A DNA stretch of 64,000 bases from an uncultured candidate division Zixibacteria bacterium (GCA_963735035.1 CAVTJJ010000004.1:1472001-1536000); one strand, 5' to 3'. Shown: positions 1 through 10,094, counted from the stretch's first letter. Translations and numbers: made by a program. Notes: a model not told the origin generated them from the letters alone.

Positions 1-747
1 CGTACGGTGGCAATCAAGGGACCGGATGCCTGGGTGATGAACGGCTCCAAGTGCTGGATTACGTCGGCCACCAAAGCGTTCGCCACGATTGCCACGGCTC
101 GTACTAACGACAATCCTGAAGACAAGCAGATCACCTGCTTCATTGTCGAGAAAGCCTGGAAAGGATTCGCGGTCGGGAAGAAGGAGAACAAGCTGGGACT
201 GCGCGGCTCGGACACGGCTTTTCTCCATTTCGACGACATGAAAGTGCCGTTCGAGAACCAACTAGGCAAGGTCGGCGACGGTTTCAAGCAGGCCCTTATG
301 ACGCTTGATGGCGGCCGGATTTCGATTGGCGCGATGGCGCTCGGGTTGGGGCAGGGGGCGCTGGATGTAGCGCTCAAGTATGCTTCGGAACGAGTACAGT
401 TCGGCAAACCGATTTCCTACAACCAGGCTATCCAGCACCGTCTGGCCGATATGGCGACCGAGATTCAGGCCGCGCGCCTGATGATCTACGAGGCGGCCGT
501 CATGAAAGACGCCCACGTGCCGTTTGGCAGGCAGTCTGCCATGTGCAAGCTGTATGCGTCGGAAGTGGCCACCCGCGCGGCGTCGAGCGCCATGACTGTC
601 CTCGGCGCGGTTGGTTACTTGACCGGCCCATATCCTGCGGAACGTATCTGGCGCGACGTCAAGCTGTGCGAGATCGGCGAAGGGACGTCTGAGATTCAGC
701 GACTGGTGATCGCCCGCGATCTTCTCAAGACGATGCAAACAGTCTAA
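1..747 (+). CDS. Acyl-CoA dehydrogenase, C-terminal part (5'-truncated by window edge)
   Basis: Motifs NGSKCWIT, KLGLRGSDT, RVQFGKPI, EIGEGTSEIQRLVIAR; frame is open from base 1. Confidence 0.95.
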   Translation, partial: RTVAIKGPDAWVMNGSKCWITSATKAFATIATARTNDNPEDKQITCFIVEKAWKGFAVGKKENKLGLRGSDTAFLHFDDMKVPFENQLGKVGDGFKQALMTLDGGRISIGAMALGLGQGALDVALKYASERVQFGKPISYNQAIQHRLADMATEIQAARLMIYEAAVMKDAHVPFGRQSAMCKLYASEVATRAASSAMTVLGAVGYLTGPYPAERIWRDVKLCEIGEGTSEIQRLVIARDLLKTMQTV

Positions 748-754
748 ACGCAAT

Positions 755-790
755 ACGGCCCATCGTTGGCATTACGCAATGATGGGCCGT
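755..790. terminator. Hairpin between convergent genes, likely terminator
   Basis: ACGGCCCATC...GATGGGCCGT inverted repeat between two convergent stop codons. Confidence 0.6.
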
Positions 791-816
791 GGTCTATCAG
801 ACATTCAGGAAGTGGT

Positions 817-1989
817 TCACCTGCAAGTGGGGATAGGTCGCTGGTTGACAAATAAGCAATCGATTAGCACGACGATGTCGCCTATCGATACCTGGCCGTC
901 GCAATTGAAATCACCCGGGGGATATATCTTAGCCTCGATCACGTTCAAGGCGACGTCCAGCGTCGAGGGAAGGAAGCTAGCGTCGGCCGGACTGACATTA
1001 GAGAACGTTATCTGACCGGCATAGCTTCCGGGCGCAAGCGTTGAGGCGTCAGCTCTTACGTTGATCGTGGCCGGCGTCGTGTAGGTTGCTGAAGGATTCT
1101 CAATGGCGATCCAACTGTCCGAAGCTGCTACGTTGAATGATACCGACCCCAGATCAGAAGTAAAGGTCACAGGGTAAGTTGCGGTGGACCAGTATCCACC
1201 CTCTGATTCCATACTGAGAGGAGCCGGCGAAACGGTCACGTTAGGAGTTGGTACCGGATTCTGATAATACTGAATTACCGGGGAATAGAGATCGCCGCCT
1301 TTCGAGACCGCCGGTCTTAGTTTCAAGCTGTCGCTTCGGACTATGCCTTCGCAGACAATGTTGGCCGAACCTGGGGCGACTCGGCGGAAGACTAACTCGA
1401 AAAGCGAATGACGACCGGCCAGTTGCGGTTCTGGACTATCCCACATCGGGTCGCACCCCATCATTATGGCCGTATCCGAGGCTATCTTCTGACCAACGCA
1501 CATCAACCCGTGCTCAGTATCAATGCGACTAAGATTGAACAGCCCTGGACCATTTGTCTCGAAGGTCTGCGTTGGTAAGTAGATGGCCCGCGTGCCGGTC
1601 TCAAGAGATGTGATGATGGGAAGCGTCACCGAATCTACATTATCCGGTATGCTCACCATGTAGGGCAGGAAGATAGTGTCGTTCAGTGAAGGTTGGAAGG
1701 TATAGACGTCCTGAATTGAACAATCGGGAATGGATCCCGCCGTAAAAATGTAATCGGTTATCCACTGGGCATCGCCAATCGTTACTCCCAAGCGATTGTC
1801 ACAGTCGGCCCCCGGACTTAAGATATCTCCATATGAAAGGTATTGAAAAATCTTTACGACATCCCCGATATTGACAGTCCTATTACCGTCAGCATCGCCA
1901 CAGACCGTCTGTGATTGTATCGCCGGGGATCCACATAACAGTGCTACCGTTACCAAGAGAATGTATTTGAGTCTCACAGTATACCTCAT
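817..1989 (-). CDS. Secreted dockerin-like domain protein (N-terminal dockerin pair, central beta domain, BACON/Ig-like domain, C-terminal dockerin repeat)
   Basis: Signal peptide; CGDADGNRTVNIGD, ADCDNRLGVTIGD and GDFNCDGQVSIGD EF-hand-like repeats; SDSWI...LAPGSYAGQITF BACON-like segment. Confidence 0.75.
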   Translation of the reverse strand: MRYTVRLKYILLVTVALLCGSPAIQSQTVCGDADGNRTVNIGDVVKIFQYLSYGDILSPGADCDNRLGVTIGDAQWITDYIFTAGSIPDCSIQDVYTFQPSLNDTIFLPYMVSIPDNVDSVTLPIITSLETGTRAIYLPTQTFETNGPGLFNLSRIDTEHGLMCVGQKIASDTAIMMGCDPMWDSPEPQLAGRHSLFELVFRRVAPGSANIVCEGIVRSDSLKLRPAVSKGGDLYSPVIQYYQNPVPTPNVTVSPAPLSMESEGGYWSTATYPVTFTSDLGSVSFNVAASDSWIAIENPSATYTTPATINVRADASTLAPGSYAGQITFSNVSPADASFLPSTLDVALNVIEAKIYPPGDFNCDGQVSIGDIVVLIDCLFVNQRPIPTCR

Positions 1990-2046
1990 AGTCAAATTTT
2001 GTCTCAGTCGTATCCGAGTGACTTCTCGTCGATCATGGCTAGTCGC

Positions 2047-3207
2047 CTACTCGCAAGTGGGTATCGGTCGCGTATTTATGAAGAGGCAATCGATCATCAA
2101 GACGATGTCACCAATCGATACCTGGCCATCGCAGTTGAGATCACCCGGCGGGTACACGAGGGACGGGGTGACTGTCAACGTGATGTCAATCGCCGGCGGA
2201 ATGAAATCAGCATCGGCCGGACTGACCTCAGAAAACGTGATTTGTCCCGCATAGCTTCCGGCGGTCAGCGCCATCGCGTTGGCTCTGACGTTGAAAGTAG
2301 CCGGAGTCGTGTAGCCGGTCGGAGAGGGATCCTGGATAACAATCCAATTGTCAGATGCGGTCACCTTGAACGAGACCGGCCCCATATTTGAAGTGAATGA
2401 AACGGGATATGAGGCGGTCGACCAGAATCCGGCTTCAGCATCCATGCTCAGCGACGAAGGGGTGGTCGTGACGACCGGAGTAGGCAACGGAAGCTGATAG
2501 TACTGAATGACCGGCTTGTACAGGTCGCCGTTCTTTTCGACGGTGGGTATCCATTGCTGCGAACGCAAAACAGCGTTACAGTTTATCGCCGCCAGCCCGT
2601 TCTTAATCCGGTGAAACACGAGACCGAAGAAAGTGTGTCGTCCTCCGAGGACTGCACCGCTCAAACCAACTTCCGTACCCTGCATGATAGCAGTGTCGGG
2701 AATATCTTTCATCCCCATGCCAATCGAGAAATCTTCCACATTCGTGACCGACCTGAACTCGAAAAGTCCCGGGCCGTTGGTCTCAAAGGTCTGGCAGGGG
2801 ATGTAGAATGCCCTGGTGTCACTGGCAAATGAGGTTATGACCGGCATAAACACTGAGTCCACTTCATCGGGGATGGCAACCATGAAAGGCAGAAATACCG
2901 TATCGTTGGGGGCCGATGCCATGCCGTATGGGGCTTCTAAGAAACAGTCAAGAGTGTAGTCCCCGTAGAAGAGATATCGTGTCATCGCCTCGACATCTCC
3001 GATAGTGATTCCGTAACGATTATCGCAGTCAGCCGAGGTATCTATCGTGGTGGGGGGACCTTGCCACAAATAAGTGAGAGTTTGGACAAGGTCACCAATT
3101 GAAACAACGCCGTTGCCGTTAACATCTCCGCACACGTCTTGAGAGAACGAGGGAACCGACGACAGACTCAGAACCGACAGTGCGATCAGGAACGTTCGGC
3201 ACTTCAC
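2047..3207 (-). CDS. Secreted dockerin-like domain protein, tandem paralogue of 817..1989
   Basis: Same architecture (CGDVNGNGVVSIGD; GDLNCDGQVSIGD); GGAGG RBS before the GTG start. Confidence 0.75.
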   Translation of the reverse strand: MKCRTFLIALSVLSLSSVPSFSQDVCGDVNGNGVVSIGDLVQTLTYLWQGPPTTIDTSADCDNRYGITIGDVEAMTRYLFYGDYTLDCFLEAPYGMASAPNDTVFLPFMVAIPDEVDSVFMPVITSFASDTRAFYIPCQTFETNGPGLFEFRSVTNVEDFSIGMGMKDIPDTAIMQGTEVGLSGAVLGGRHTFFGLVFHRIKNGLAAINCNAVLRSQQWIPTVEKNGDLYKPVIQYYQLPLPTPVVTTTPSSLSMDAEAGFWSTASYPVSFTSNMGPVSFKVTASDNWIVIQDPSPTGYTTPATFNVRANAMALTAGSYAGQITFSEVSPADADFIPPAIDITLTVTPSLVYPPGDLNCDGQVSIGDIVLMIDCLFINTRPIPTCE

Positions 3208-3465
3208 AACTTCACCTCCTGGGCAGACGCGTTTCCCCGACCTTAACGTGAAGCTCCAAGTTTGTAAAAAAATGCCCTTGGACCGAGATGTATTGGCCGG
3301 GCTGATTTTTCTGGTATCCTTAGCTAGTAATACTAGTTTGCCGATATTCTTGCAAGGTTTTTCTCAGAGAGTGGGGATGTCCGTGCGGTTTCAAAAGTCC
3401 TTGTTGCGCGGAAAGATCGTCAAAGTTATAATCTCCCTGATAGACTACCTAAGGAGTGTAAGTTC

Positions 3466-4041
3466 ATGTATAGTAAGGCTCGTAGCATAACAATATTCGA
3501 TCTGGTCAAACCATCCAGCCTCTGGATGGAAATCCCCATCCTGATCGGATTCAATCTTATTCTGGTCGGATGCGCCTACCTGACCATAAATCTTCCTTTC
3601 TCGCCCGTTCCGATTACCGGGCAAACGTTCGGCGTGCTTCTGGTTGCCATGGCACTCGGTCGGGTACGGGGGAGTGGGGTCGTACTCGCGTATCTCGCCG
3701 AAGGTGCTGCTGGATTGCCAGTGTTCGCGGGTGGCGCGGCCGGAGCCGGAGTACTAGTAGGTCCGACCGGCGGCTATCTGGTCGGCTTCCTGGCCGCCGC
3801 GTATGTGACCGGATGGATGGCGGATCTTGGATGGGACCGTGGCTACATCAAGTCTACGGTAGCTATGCTGGGGGGCACTTTGATCATCTTCGCCTGTGGC
3901 TTGGCTCAGCTTAGCGTCTTTGTTCCGGCTGGTGTGGTGTTGACAATGGGACTTTACCCGTTTATCGCCGGTGGAGTGGTCAAGATCGCGGCCGCTGCCA
4001 TAGTGCTGCCGTCGATTTGGAAGTTCATTAACCGCAAATAG
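3466..4041 (+). CDS. bioY: Biotin transporter S-component BioY
   Basis: PVPITGQTFGV, GLPVFAGG and GPTGGYLVGF motifs; hydrophobic; AAGGAG RBS. Confidence 0.93.
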   Translation: MYSKARSITIFDLVKPSSLWMEIPILIGFNLILVGCAYLTINLPFSPVPITGQTFGVLLVAMALGRVRGSGVVLAYLAEGAAGLPVFAGGAAGAGVLVGPTGGYLVGFLAAAYVTGWMADLGWDRGYIKSTVAMLGGTLIIFACGLAQLSVFVPAGVVLTMGLYPFIAGGVVKIAAAAIVLPSIWKFINRK

Positions 4042-4079
4042 ATAGCAATAGCAGCTTCAAGTAGAAATTCTACTCACCG

Positions 4080-4113
4080 AGGCCGACCGGTTCACCCCGG
4101 TCGGCCTTTTGTT
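4080..4113 (+). terminator. Rho-independent terminator after bioY
   Basis: AGGCCGACCGG-ttcac-CCCGGTCGGCCT hairpin followed by a T-rich tract. Confidence 0.75.
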
Positions 4114-4206
4114 GTGGTGTGGGGAAACCGGTTGAAACGAAGCCTTTGTTCTAGTATCATCTGACGTTGCGACAGTAGTGTAGAACAACCCGGAGGTAGT
4201 TAGCGA

Positions 4207-5157
4207 ATGCAGACTTGCGAATATATTTGGATGAACGGCAAGCTGGTGAAGTGGGACGACGCCAGGATACATGTCCTTTCTCATGTTGTCCATTACGGCT
4301 CATCGGTGTTTGAGGGGATGCGGGCGTACAAATCGGATAGCGGTCCGATCCTGTTTCGCCTGCGCGAGCACTCGGCCCGGCTTCTCAATTCGGCCAAGAT
4401 TTACCGCATGGCGGTCGAATATACGGTCGAGCAGATCGACCAGGCGATCATCGATCTGATCGACGTCAACAAGCTTGAAGCCTGTTATGTCCGTCCGGTC
4501 ATATTCCGAGGCTACGGTGCGCTCAAAGTTGACCCGGTTGATTGCCCGGTCGAATTTGCGATCGCCGTCTGGCCCTGGGGGAAATACCTCGGCGATGACG
4601 CCATCGAAAAGGGCGTGCGGGTTTGTGTGTCCTCGTGGCGGCGTCTTGCACCGGATACCATGCCGGCCATGGCGAAAGCGGGCGGCAACTATATGGGCAG
4701 TCAGCTCATCAAGCTCGAAGCGCGCCGCCTTGGTTACGACGAAGGCATCGGGCTCGACTATCACGGCTGTGTTTCCGAAGGGTCCGCCGAGAATATCTTC
4801 CTCGTCAAAGATGGCGTCTTGATCACGCCGCCGTTTTCATCGTCGGTGCTTCCGGGCATTACGAGAAACACCGTGATGACAATCGCGAAGGATCTCGGCA
4901 TTGAAGTCAAAGAGCAAAGCATCCCGCGCGAGTTCTTATATATCGCCGACGAAGTATTCTTCACCGGTTCGGCCGCTGAAATCTCCCCGGTGGCAGAGAT
5001 CGATGATCTCCCGGTGGGCGCAGGGAAGCGCGGTGCGATGACCAAGCGATTGCAACAAGCGTTCTTCGACGTTGTTCAAGGAAAGACAGTCGACAAGTAC
5101 GGCTGGCTGACGTATGTTCGTCAGAAGGCGAACAAGAAGATAGAGGTTCCAGCGTAG
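4207..5157 (+). CDS. ilvE: Branched-chain amino acid aminotransferase
   Basis: [24 protein letters not shown] and LPGITR motifs (class IV PLP aminotransferase). Confidence 0.96.
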   Translation: MQTCEYIWMNGKLVKWDDARIHVLSHVVHYGSSVFEGMRAYKSDSGPILFRLREHSARLLNSAKIYRMAVEYTVEQIDQAIIDLIDVNKLEACYVRPVIFRGYGALKVDPVDCPVEFAIAVWPWGKYLGDDAIEKGVRVCVSSWRRLAPDTMPAMAKAGGNYMGSQLIKLEARRLGYDEGIGLDYHGCVSEGSAENIFLVKDGVLITPPFSSSVLPGITRNTVMTIAKDLGIEVKEQSIPREFLYIADEVFFTGSAAEISPVAEIDDLPVGAGKRGAMTKRLQQAFFDVVQGKTVDKYGWLTYVRQKANKKIEVPA

Positions 5158-5162
5158 AACGT

Positions 5163-5394
5163 GGGCACGCAAGAGAGCGTGCCCGGCAGATGCCCACATC
5201 TGCCGGTAGATGTGGCGCCTATAGGTTGTGTCAGTTCCTGCGTCCCCGATTTCAATCGGGGACGTGTGAACTGACACTGCTGGGTTCTAAAGAACGCGTC
5301 AGTTCACACGCTCTCGCCTCGCTTCGCTCGGCCCGAGCGCAGGAACTGACGCAACCGGTTTAGATCGGCTTGCGGCAGACGAGGACGTCTGCCG
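5163..5394. repeat. REP-like palindrome cluster between ilvE and rpiB
   Basis: GTGCCCGGCAGATGCCCACATCTGCCGG at 5179-5206; inverted doublet at 5224-5356; ACGAGGACGT-core hairpin at 5373-5394. Confidence 0.8.
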
Positions 5395-5435
5395 GCCACA
5401 GAATCGCTGGCTACGGAAAAGGAGTGTTCGTTCAC

Positions 5436-5873
5436 ATGAAAATCGCCGTCGGTGCTGACCACAAAGGGTACCTGTTCAAAGAACGGGTCAAGGCCATGCT
5501 CGAGAAGTGGGGATACACCGTGCTCGACATGGGGACCAATTCCGAGGAGTCGGTGGACTATCCTGATTTCGGGGCGAAGGTGGCGCACGCTGTCGCCGAC
5601 GGCAAAGCCGATTTCGGCGTGAACATCTGCTGGACCGGAAACGGGATGGATATCGTCTCGAACAAGGTCAAAGGAGTGCGCGCGGGTATGGCGCTGAACG
5701 TTGAGATGGCCCGCCTGACCCGACTTCACAACGACGCCAACGTCCTGGTGCTTGCTGGTAAGTACACACCTGAAAAAGACTTGGAAGAAATTGTTAAAGT
5801 ATTCGTCGATACTCCCTTTGAGGGCGGCCGTCATGTCGCCCGTGTGAATAAGATCAAAGCGCTGGAGAAGTAG
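5436..5873 (+). CDS. rpiB: Ribose-5-phosphate isomerase B
   Basis: MKIAVGADHKG, SVDYPD, CWTGNGM, HNDANVL and FEGGRH motifs; start placed at ATG 5436 after AAGGAG. Confidence 0.95.
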   Translation: MKIAVGADHKGYLFKERVKAMLEKWGYTVLDMGTNSEESVDYPDFGAKVAHAVADGKADFGVNICWTGNGMDIVSNKVKGVRAGMALNVEMARLTRLHNDANVLVLAGKYTPEKDLEEIVKVFVDTPFEGGRHVARVNKIKALEK

Positions 5874-5881
5874 GGTTTTGG

Positions 5882-6110
5882 ATGAGGGCGTGGCGTACCT
5901 CCCGGTGCGCCACGTTTGCTTGTTGGCGCACGAGGACGTACGCCAACCACGGACTGTGATCGGCAGGCCTCTGTGCCTGCCGTTTTGCTTGGCGGCAGGG
6001 CTGGAACCCTGCCGATCGGTGGGCGGAGGGTATGAGTGCGTGGCGTACCTCCCGGTGCGCCACGTTTGCTTGTTGGCGCACGAGGACCCGCCGCGGCGGG
6101 CCAACCACAA
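5882..6110. repeat. Composite repeat: 56-bp direct repeats enclosing two REP-like hairpins
   Basis: 5882-5937 and 6032-6087 differ at one base; GATCGGCAGG-type hairpins at 5957-5982 and 5993-6017 in opposite orientation. Confidence 0.85.
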
Positions 6111-6222
6111 GCCCTGACACAACGATTTCTTGCTCGATACCACCCCGCAACCAACCGATTGCCCCTTTGGAGCGTTTTACCTACATTACTCTTGCGAAAA
6201 CGTTTACGCGGAGACTAAAGCT

Positions 6223-7470
6223 ATGTCATATTTGAAACAAGTCGATCCTGAAATCTACGATGCCATATTCAAGGAAACCCGTCGCGAGGCCACCAAACTC
6301 GAACTGATCGCGTCGGAGAATTTCGTCTCCGAGGCGGTCCTCGAAGCCCAGGGCGGTGTCATGACCAACAAGTACGCCGAGGGGTATCCAGCCAAGCGGT
6401 ACTACGGCGGGTGCGAGTTTGTCGATATCGCCGAGAACTTGGCCCGTGACCGGGCGAAGCAGTTGTTCGGCGCCGAGCATGTCAATGTCCAGCCGCACTC
6501 CGGTTCGCAGGCGAACATGGGAGTGTATTTCACCGTCCTCAATCCGGGCGACAAAGTCATGGGGCTGGATCTTTCGCACGGCGGCCACCTGACCCACGGC
6601 CACCCGATCAATTTCTCCGGCAAACTATACCAGTTCAAAGGGTATCAGGTTGACAAAGAAACCGAAGTCATCGACTACGACAAGCTGCTCGCCGACGCCA
6701 AAGAGTACCAGCCCAAGATGATTGTCGCGGGGGCGTCGGCCTATCCGCGCTTCTGGGATTTCGACGCCATCCGCCGGGCGTGCGACGCGGTTGGCGCGTA
6801 CATGATGGTCGATATCGCGCATATCGCCGGATTGATAGCGGCGGGTCTGCACCCGTCGCCGGTGCCCATGGCGGATTTTGTCACCACGACCACGCACAAG
6901 ACGCTACGCGGCCCGCGCGGCGGGATGGTCATGTGCAAGGAGAAATACGCCGCCGATCTCGACCGGACGATCATGCCCGGCATCCAGGGCGGCCCGCTCA
7001 TGCATGTTATCGCCGCCAAAGCGGTCGCGTTCAAGGAAGCGCTTCAGCCGGAATTCAAAGCGTATCAGAAACGGATTATCGACAACGCCAAGACGCTCGC
7101 CGAGGAATTGAAGAAGCGCGGGTATCGTCTGGTCGCCGGCGGAACCGATACGCACTTGATGCTGGTTTCATTCATCGACGTCCCCAAAGTCACCGGCAAG
7201 AAGGTCGAAGAGGCGCTCGACAAGGCGGGGATGACGGTCAATAAGAACACGGTCCCGTTCGACCCGGAGAAACCGTTTGTGACCTCGGGCATTCGCATCG
7301 GTACCCCGGCGGTCACCACGCGCGGCATGGGGACGGATGCCATGAAGCAGATCGCGGAGTTTATCGACCGGGCGATCAAGAATCGCAAGGACGACGCCGC
7401 TTTGGCGGGGATCGCCGACGAAGTCGCGAAGTTCTGTCTGAAATACCCGCTCTATGCCGGGCGGATGTAG
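6223..7470 (+). CDS. glyA: Serine hydroxymethyltransferase
   Basis: [21 protein letters not shown] and [14 protein letters not shown] motifs; ATG 6223 follows GGAG. Confidence 0.98.
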   Translation: MSYLKQVDPEIYDAIFKETRREATKLELIASENFVSEAVLEAQGGVMTNKYAEGYPAKRYYGGCEFVDIAENLARDRAKQLFGAEHVNVQPHSGSQANMGVYFTVLNPGDKVMGLDLSHGGHLTHGHPINFSGKLYQFKGYQVDKETEVIDYDKLLADAKEYQPKMIVAGASAYPRFWDFDAIRRACDAVGAYMMVDIAHIAGLIAAGLHPSPVPMADFVTTTTHKTLRGPRGGMVMCKEKYAADLDRTIMPGIQGGPLMHVIAAKAVAFKEALQPEFKAYQKRIIDNAKTLAEELKKRGYRLVAGGTDTHLMLVSFIDVPKVTGKKVEEALDKAGMTVNKNTVPFDPEKPFVTSGIRIGTPAVTTRGMGTDAMKQIAEFIDRAIKNRKDDAALAGIADEVAKFCLKYPLYAGRM

Positions 7471-7481
7471 GGAGCGTAGAC

Positions 7482-7796
7482 GTGCTGTTTCAACTGACCA
7501 TGTTTCCCACGGTGAAGTCGAGCCGCACCGGTTCGTCTTCGAAAGCAGTGGCGAAAGTGATCGATATCATCGACCGCTCCGGGTTGCCGTACAAGCTGGG
7601 GCCGATGTCGACCACGATCGAGGGCGAGTGGGACGCGGTCATGAAAACTATAAACAAGGCGCGGTTGGCGCTTCGGCGCGAATATCCACGGCTGTATATA
7701 AGTATTACCATCGATGACCGGGCGGGCGCAAAGAAACGGATCACGGGTAAGATCGAGTCGGTGGAAAAACGGCTCGGTCGGAAAGTGAGCAAGTGA
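7482..7796 (+). CDS. MTH1187/YkoF-like thiamine-binding family protein
   Basis: SGLPYKLGPMSTTIEG and ITIDDR...ITGKIESVE pattern; 104 aa. Confidence 0.85.
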   Translation: MLFQLTMFPTVKSSRTGSSSKAVAKVIDIIDRSGLPYKLGPMSTTIEGEWDAVMKTINKARLALRREYPRLYISITIDDRAGAKKRITGKIESVEKRLGRKVSK

Positions 7797-8129
7797 TGGA
7801 AAACGTCGAGGCCGGTTCGATTCGGGTGGTGTTTATCACGGTCCCGCGAGGCGAGGCGAACAAGCTGGCGCGCGATCTGGTGGAACAGACGGCTGGCGGC
7901 GTGTGTCAATATCATGCCGAAGATCGAGTCGTATTTCTGGTGGGACGATGCCGTCCAGCACGACGAGGAAGCGCTGTTGATCTGCAAGACGACCGAGGCG
8001 AAATTCCAGGCGCTGATGGTGTACACGCAGGAGGCGCATCCGTACGATCTTCCGGAGATCATTTCGTTTCCGCTGACCGACGGTTTGCCGGAGTATCTCG
8101 CGTGGGTTTGTCATGAGACGGAAGGGTAG
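7796..8129 (+). CDS. cutA: Divalent-cation tolerance protein CutA (one extra base near 7889)
   Basis: VFITVP...LVEQ joins RLAACVNIMPKIESYFWW...HPYDLPEII if one base is removed at about 7889. Confidence 0.9.
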
Positions 8130-8135
8130 GTGGAT

Positions 8136-8279
8136 ATGAGTTACGACAATCAGGAACCGCGCAAATTCTTAGGCATGAGCGGCAAGGGGTGGGGGATCAT
8201 CGGTGTGATCGTGGGCATCCTGGCCGCGATATTCTACATAGGTAAACGCCGGAAGAACTCGCATGTCGGCAAGTCGTGA
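8136..8279 (+). CDS. 47-aa single-pass membrane peptide (not in the ORF track)
   Basis: MSYDNQEPRKFLGMSGKGWGIIGVIVGILAAIFYIGKRRKNSHVGKS*; AGGTGG upstream; TM helix with basic tail. Confidence 0.5.
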   Translation: MSYDNQEPRKFLGMSGKGWGIIGVIVGILAAIFYIGKRRKNSHVGKS

Positions 8280-8294
8280 GATAGAGGGGTAGGG

Positions 8295-9332
8295 ATGGAA
8301 TTCTTGGGGCTCGAATATTGGTGGTGGGCAATCATAGCGGCGGCGGGTATCGGGGTTATTACCGTTATCTCTAATATCATCATTCATCATAGGCAATCGA
8401 AACACGCAGGCCACGTCGACCAATGGATGGCTTTTGCTTCCAAGATTCTGGAAAAAGTACCGACGCAAATATCGCCCAACGTGATCATTGTTCCACCTGC
8501 AGAGTATCCTCAGATTGAAGAAGAAGCGGGCAAGCGCCTCAAGAAGGGGGAAGAAGTCGACTGCGACGTCCTGCTCAAGATCGGCAACATTGAATTTGTT
8601 CAGGGAAGGTTAGACAGTGCTCGACACTATTATCAGGTTGTCTTGGATCAGGGTAGAAAGAAGAGCAGCAAAGTTGAAATTGCCAATGCTCTTGGCAGCA
8701 TCGGTCTGATCTGCCACTCAAAGGGAGATTGGGATGCGGCTTTGAAGCACTACCACGAAGCACTGGAGCTACACCGTAAGGTGGGCTACCGTCAGGGTGA
8801 GGCCAGTGCTCTCGGCAACATCGGTCTGGTTCACAGTGACAAAGGGGAGCTGGATGAGGGCTTGAAGTTCCACCAAGAGGCGCTGGCGATAGATAGGGAT
8901 AATGGTTATAGCCGGGGTGAGGCGATTGATCTCAACAACATGGGTCTGATCTTCCAAGCAAAGGGTAGTTTGGAAACAGCCTTAGAGCGATATCAGGAGG
9001 CGATGGAGATAAGTCGGAAGATCGGATATCGCCAGGGTGAAGCGGACGCACTTGGCAATATAGGCAACGTGCTCGGTAAGAAGGGGGATTTGAAGTCGGC
9101 CCTGAAGCACCACCAGAAGTCGCTCGTGATTGTTCGAGAAATAAGTTATAAAGAAGATGAGGCGGTTGTCCTTAGCAACATCGGCCTAGTGTATGAGTCC
9201 TTGGGTGACTCAGCCAGTGCTCTTGATAATCTGCGGGCTTCGAAGACTATTTTTGACGCCCATGGTTTCGCATATGGACGAGACATAGTTGAGCGCGCGA
9301 TAGCACGTCTTGAAGTCAAGCAAAAGCCATGA
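8295..9332 (+). CDS. Membrane-anchored tetratricopeptide-repeat protein
   Basis: N-terminal TM segment; 40-aa repeats GYRQGEA..LGNIG. Confidence 0.88.
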   Translation: MEFLGLEYWWWAIIAAAGIGVITVISNIIIHHRQSKHAGHVDQWMAFASKILEKVPTQISPNVIIVPPAEYPQIEEEAGKRLKKGEEVDCDVLLKIGNIEFVQGRLDSARHYYQVVLDQGRKKSSKVEIANALGSIGLICHSKGDWDAALKHYHEALELHRKVGYRQGEASALGNIGLVHSDKGELDEGLKFHQEALAIDRDNGYSRGEAIDLNNMGLIFQAKGSLETALERYQEAMEISRKIGYRQGEADALGNIGNVLGKKGDLKSALKHHQKSLVIVREISYKEDEAVVLSNIGLVYESLGDSASALDNLRASKTIFDAHGFAYGRDIVERAIARLEVKQKP

Positions 9333-9781
9333 AATGCCCTGAATGCGGACATGAAGAAGATAAGGTCGTCGACAGCCGGCCCCACCAGGACGGCCGCGCC
9401 ATCCGACGCCGTCGCGAATGCCTCCAGTGCGGCAAGCGGTATACCACGTTCGAATACATCGAAACCGGTTCGCTGACCGTGATCAAGTCGGACGACCGTC
9501 GCGAACAGTTCGACCGGAACAAACTCCTTCACGGCCTCAAGCTCGCCTGCAACAAGCGGCCGGTGACCTCGTTCGAGATCGACAACATGGTGGCCGAGAT
9601 CGAGGCCGAGCTGAACGCCACCGGCAAGAGCGAGATCCAGTCGAAAACTATCGGCGAGCTGGTCATGGCGCGGTTGAAGCTGGTGGATGATATCGCGTAC
9701 GTGCGGTTTGCGTCGGTCTATCGCAAGTTCGCCGACACGGCGGAATTCCTCGAAGAGATGAAGCGGCTGCTGGAGAAGTAG
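9329..9781 (+). CDS. nrdR: Transcriptional repressor NrdR
   Basis: MKCPECG...RRRRECLQCGKRYTTFE zinc ribbon, ATP-cone, AYVRFASVYR. Confidence 0.98.
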   Translation: MKCPECGHEEDKVVDSRPHQDGRAIRRRRECLQCGKRYTTFEYIETGSLTVIKSDDRREQFDRNKLLHGLKLACNKRPVTSFEIDNMVAEIEAELNATGKSEIQSKTIGELVMARLKLVDDIAYVRFASVYRKFADTAEFLEEMKRLLEK

Positions 9782-9810
9782 CGGCGGGGGGGGAGGGTAG
9801 CGGACGAACA

Positions 9811-10060
9811 AAGTCAGGCTTCGACCCTTCGGCAAGCTCAGGGCTCAGCCTGACTTGAGGGTGGGCTGGATCTGTCTTGTGCGTGCATAGAGTATGGCCA
9901 AGTCCGTTTCGAACCCGCCAACAGCCTGCCACTCGCACCAAATGGCAGAATCACCCCGCCGAAACGTCGGGGGATTCTGCCCTACGAAGAAATACACATA
10001 CATCCCCACCATAAATGGTGGGCCACCCGCCGGCAGATGCGGATCCGCCGCGGCGGATCG
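9811..10060. repeat. REP-like palindrome cluster between nrdR and tatC
   Basis: AAGTCAGGCT...AGCCTGACTT; GGCAGAATC...GATTCTGCCCTAC at 9944-9985 (GTAG tag on - strand); further GC-rich hairpins. Confidence 0.65.
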
Positions 10061-10094
10061 GGTACCGGTTCTTGCGGTCGTTTACTCTCGCCGA

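Noticed and set aside
5304..6154. Minus-strand ORFs with repeated peptides (SSCANKQTWRTGRYAT)
   Set aside because: They are translations of the 56-bp DNA direct repeat and lie antisense to rpiB.
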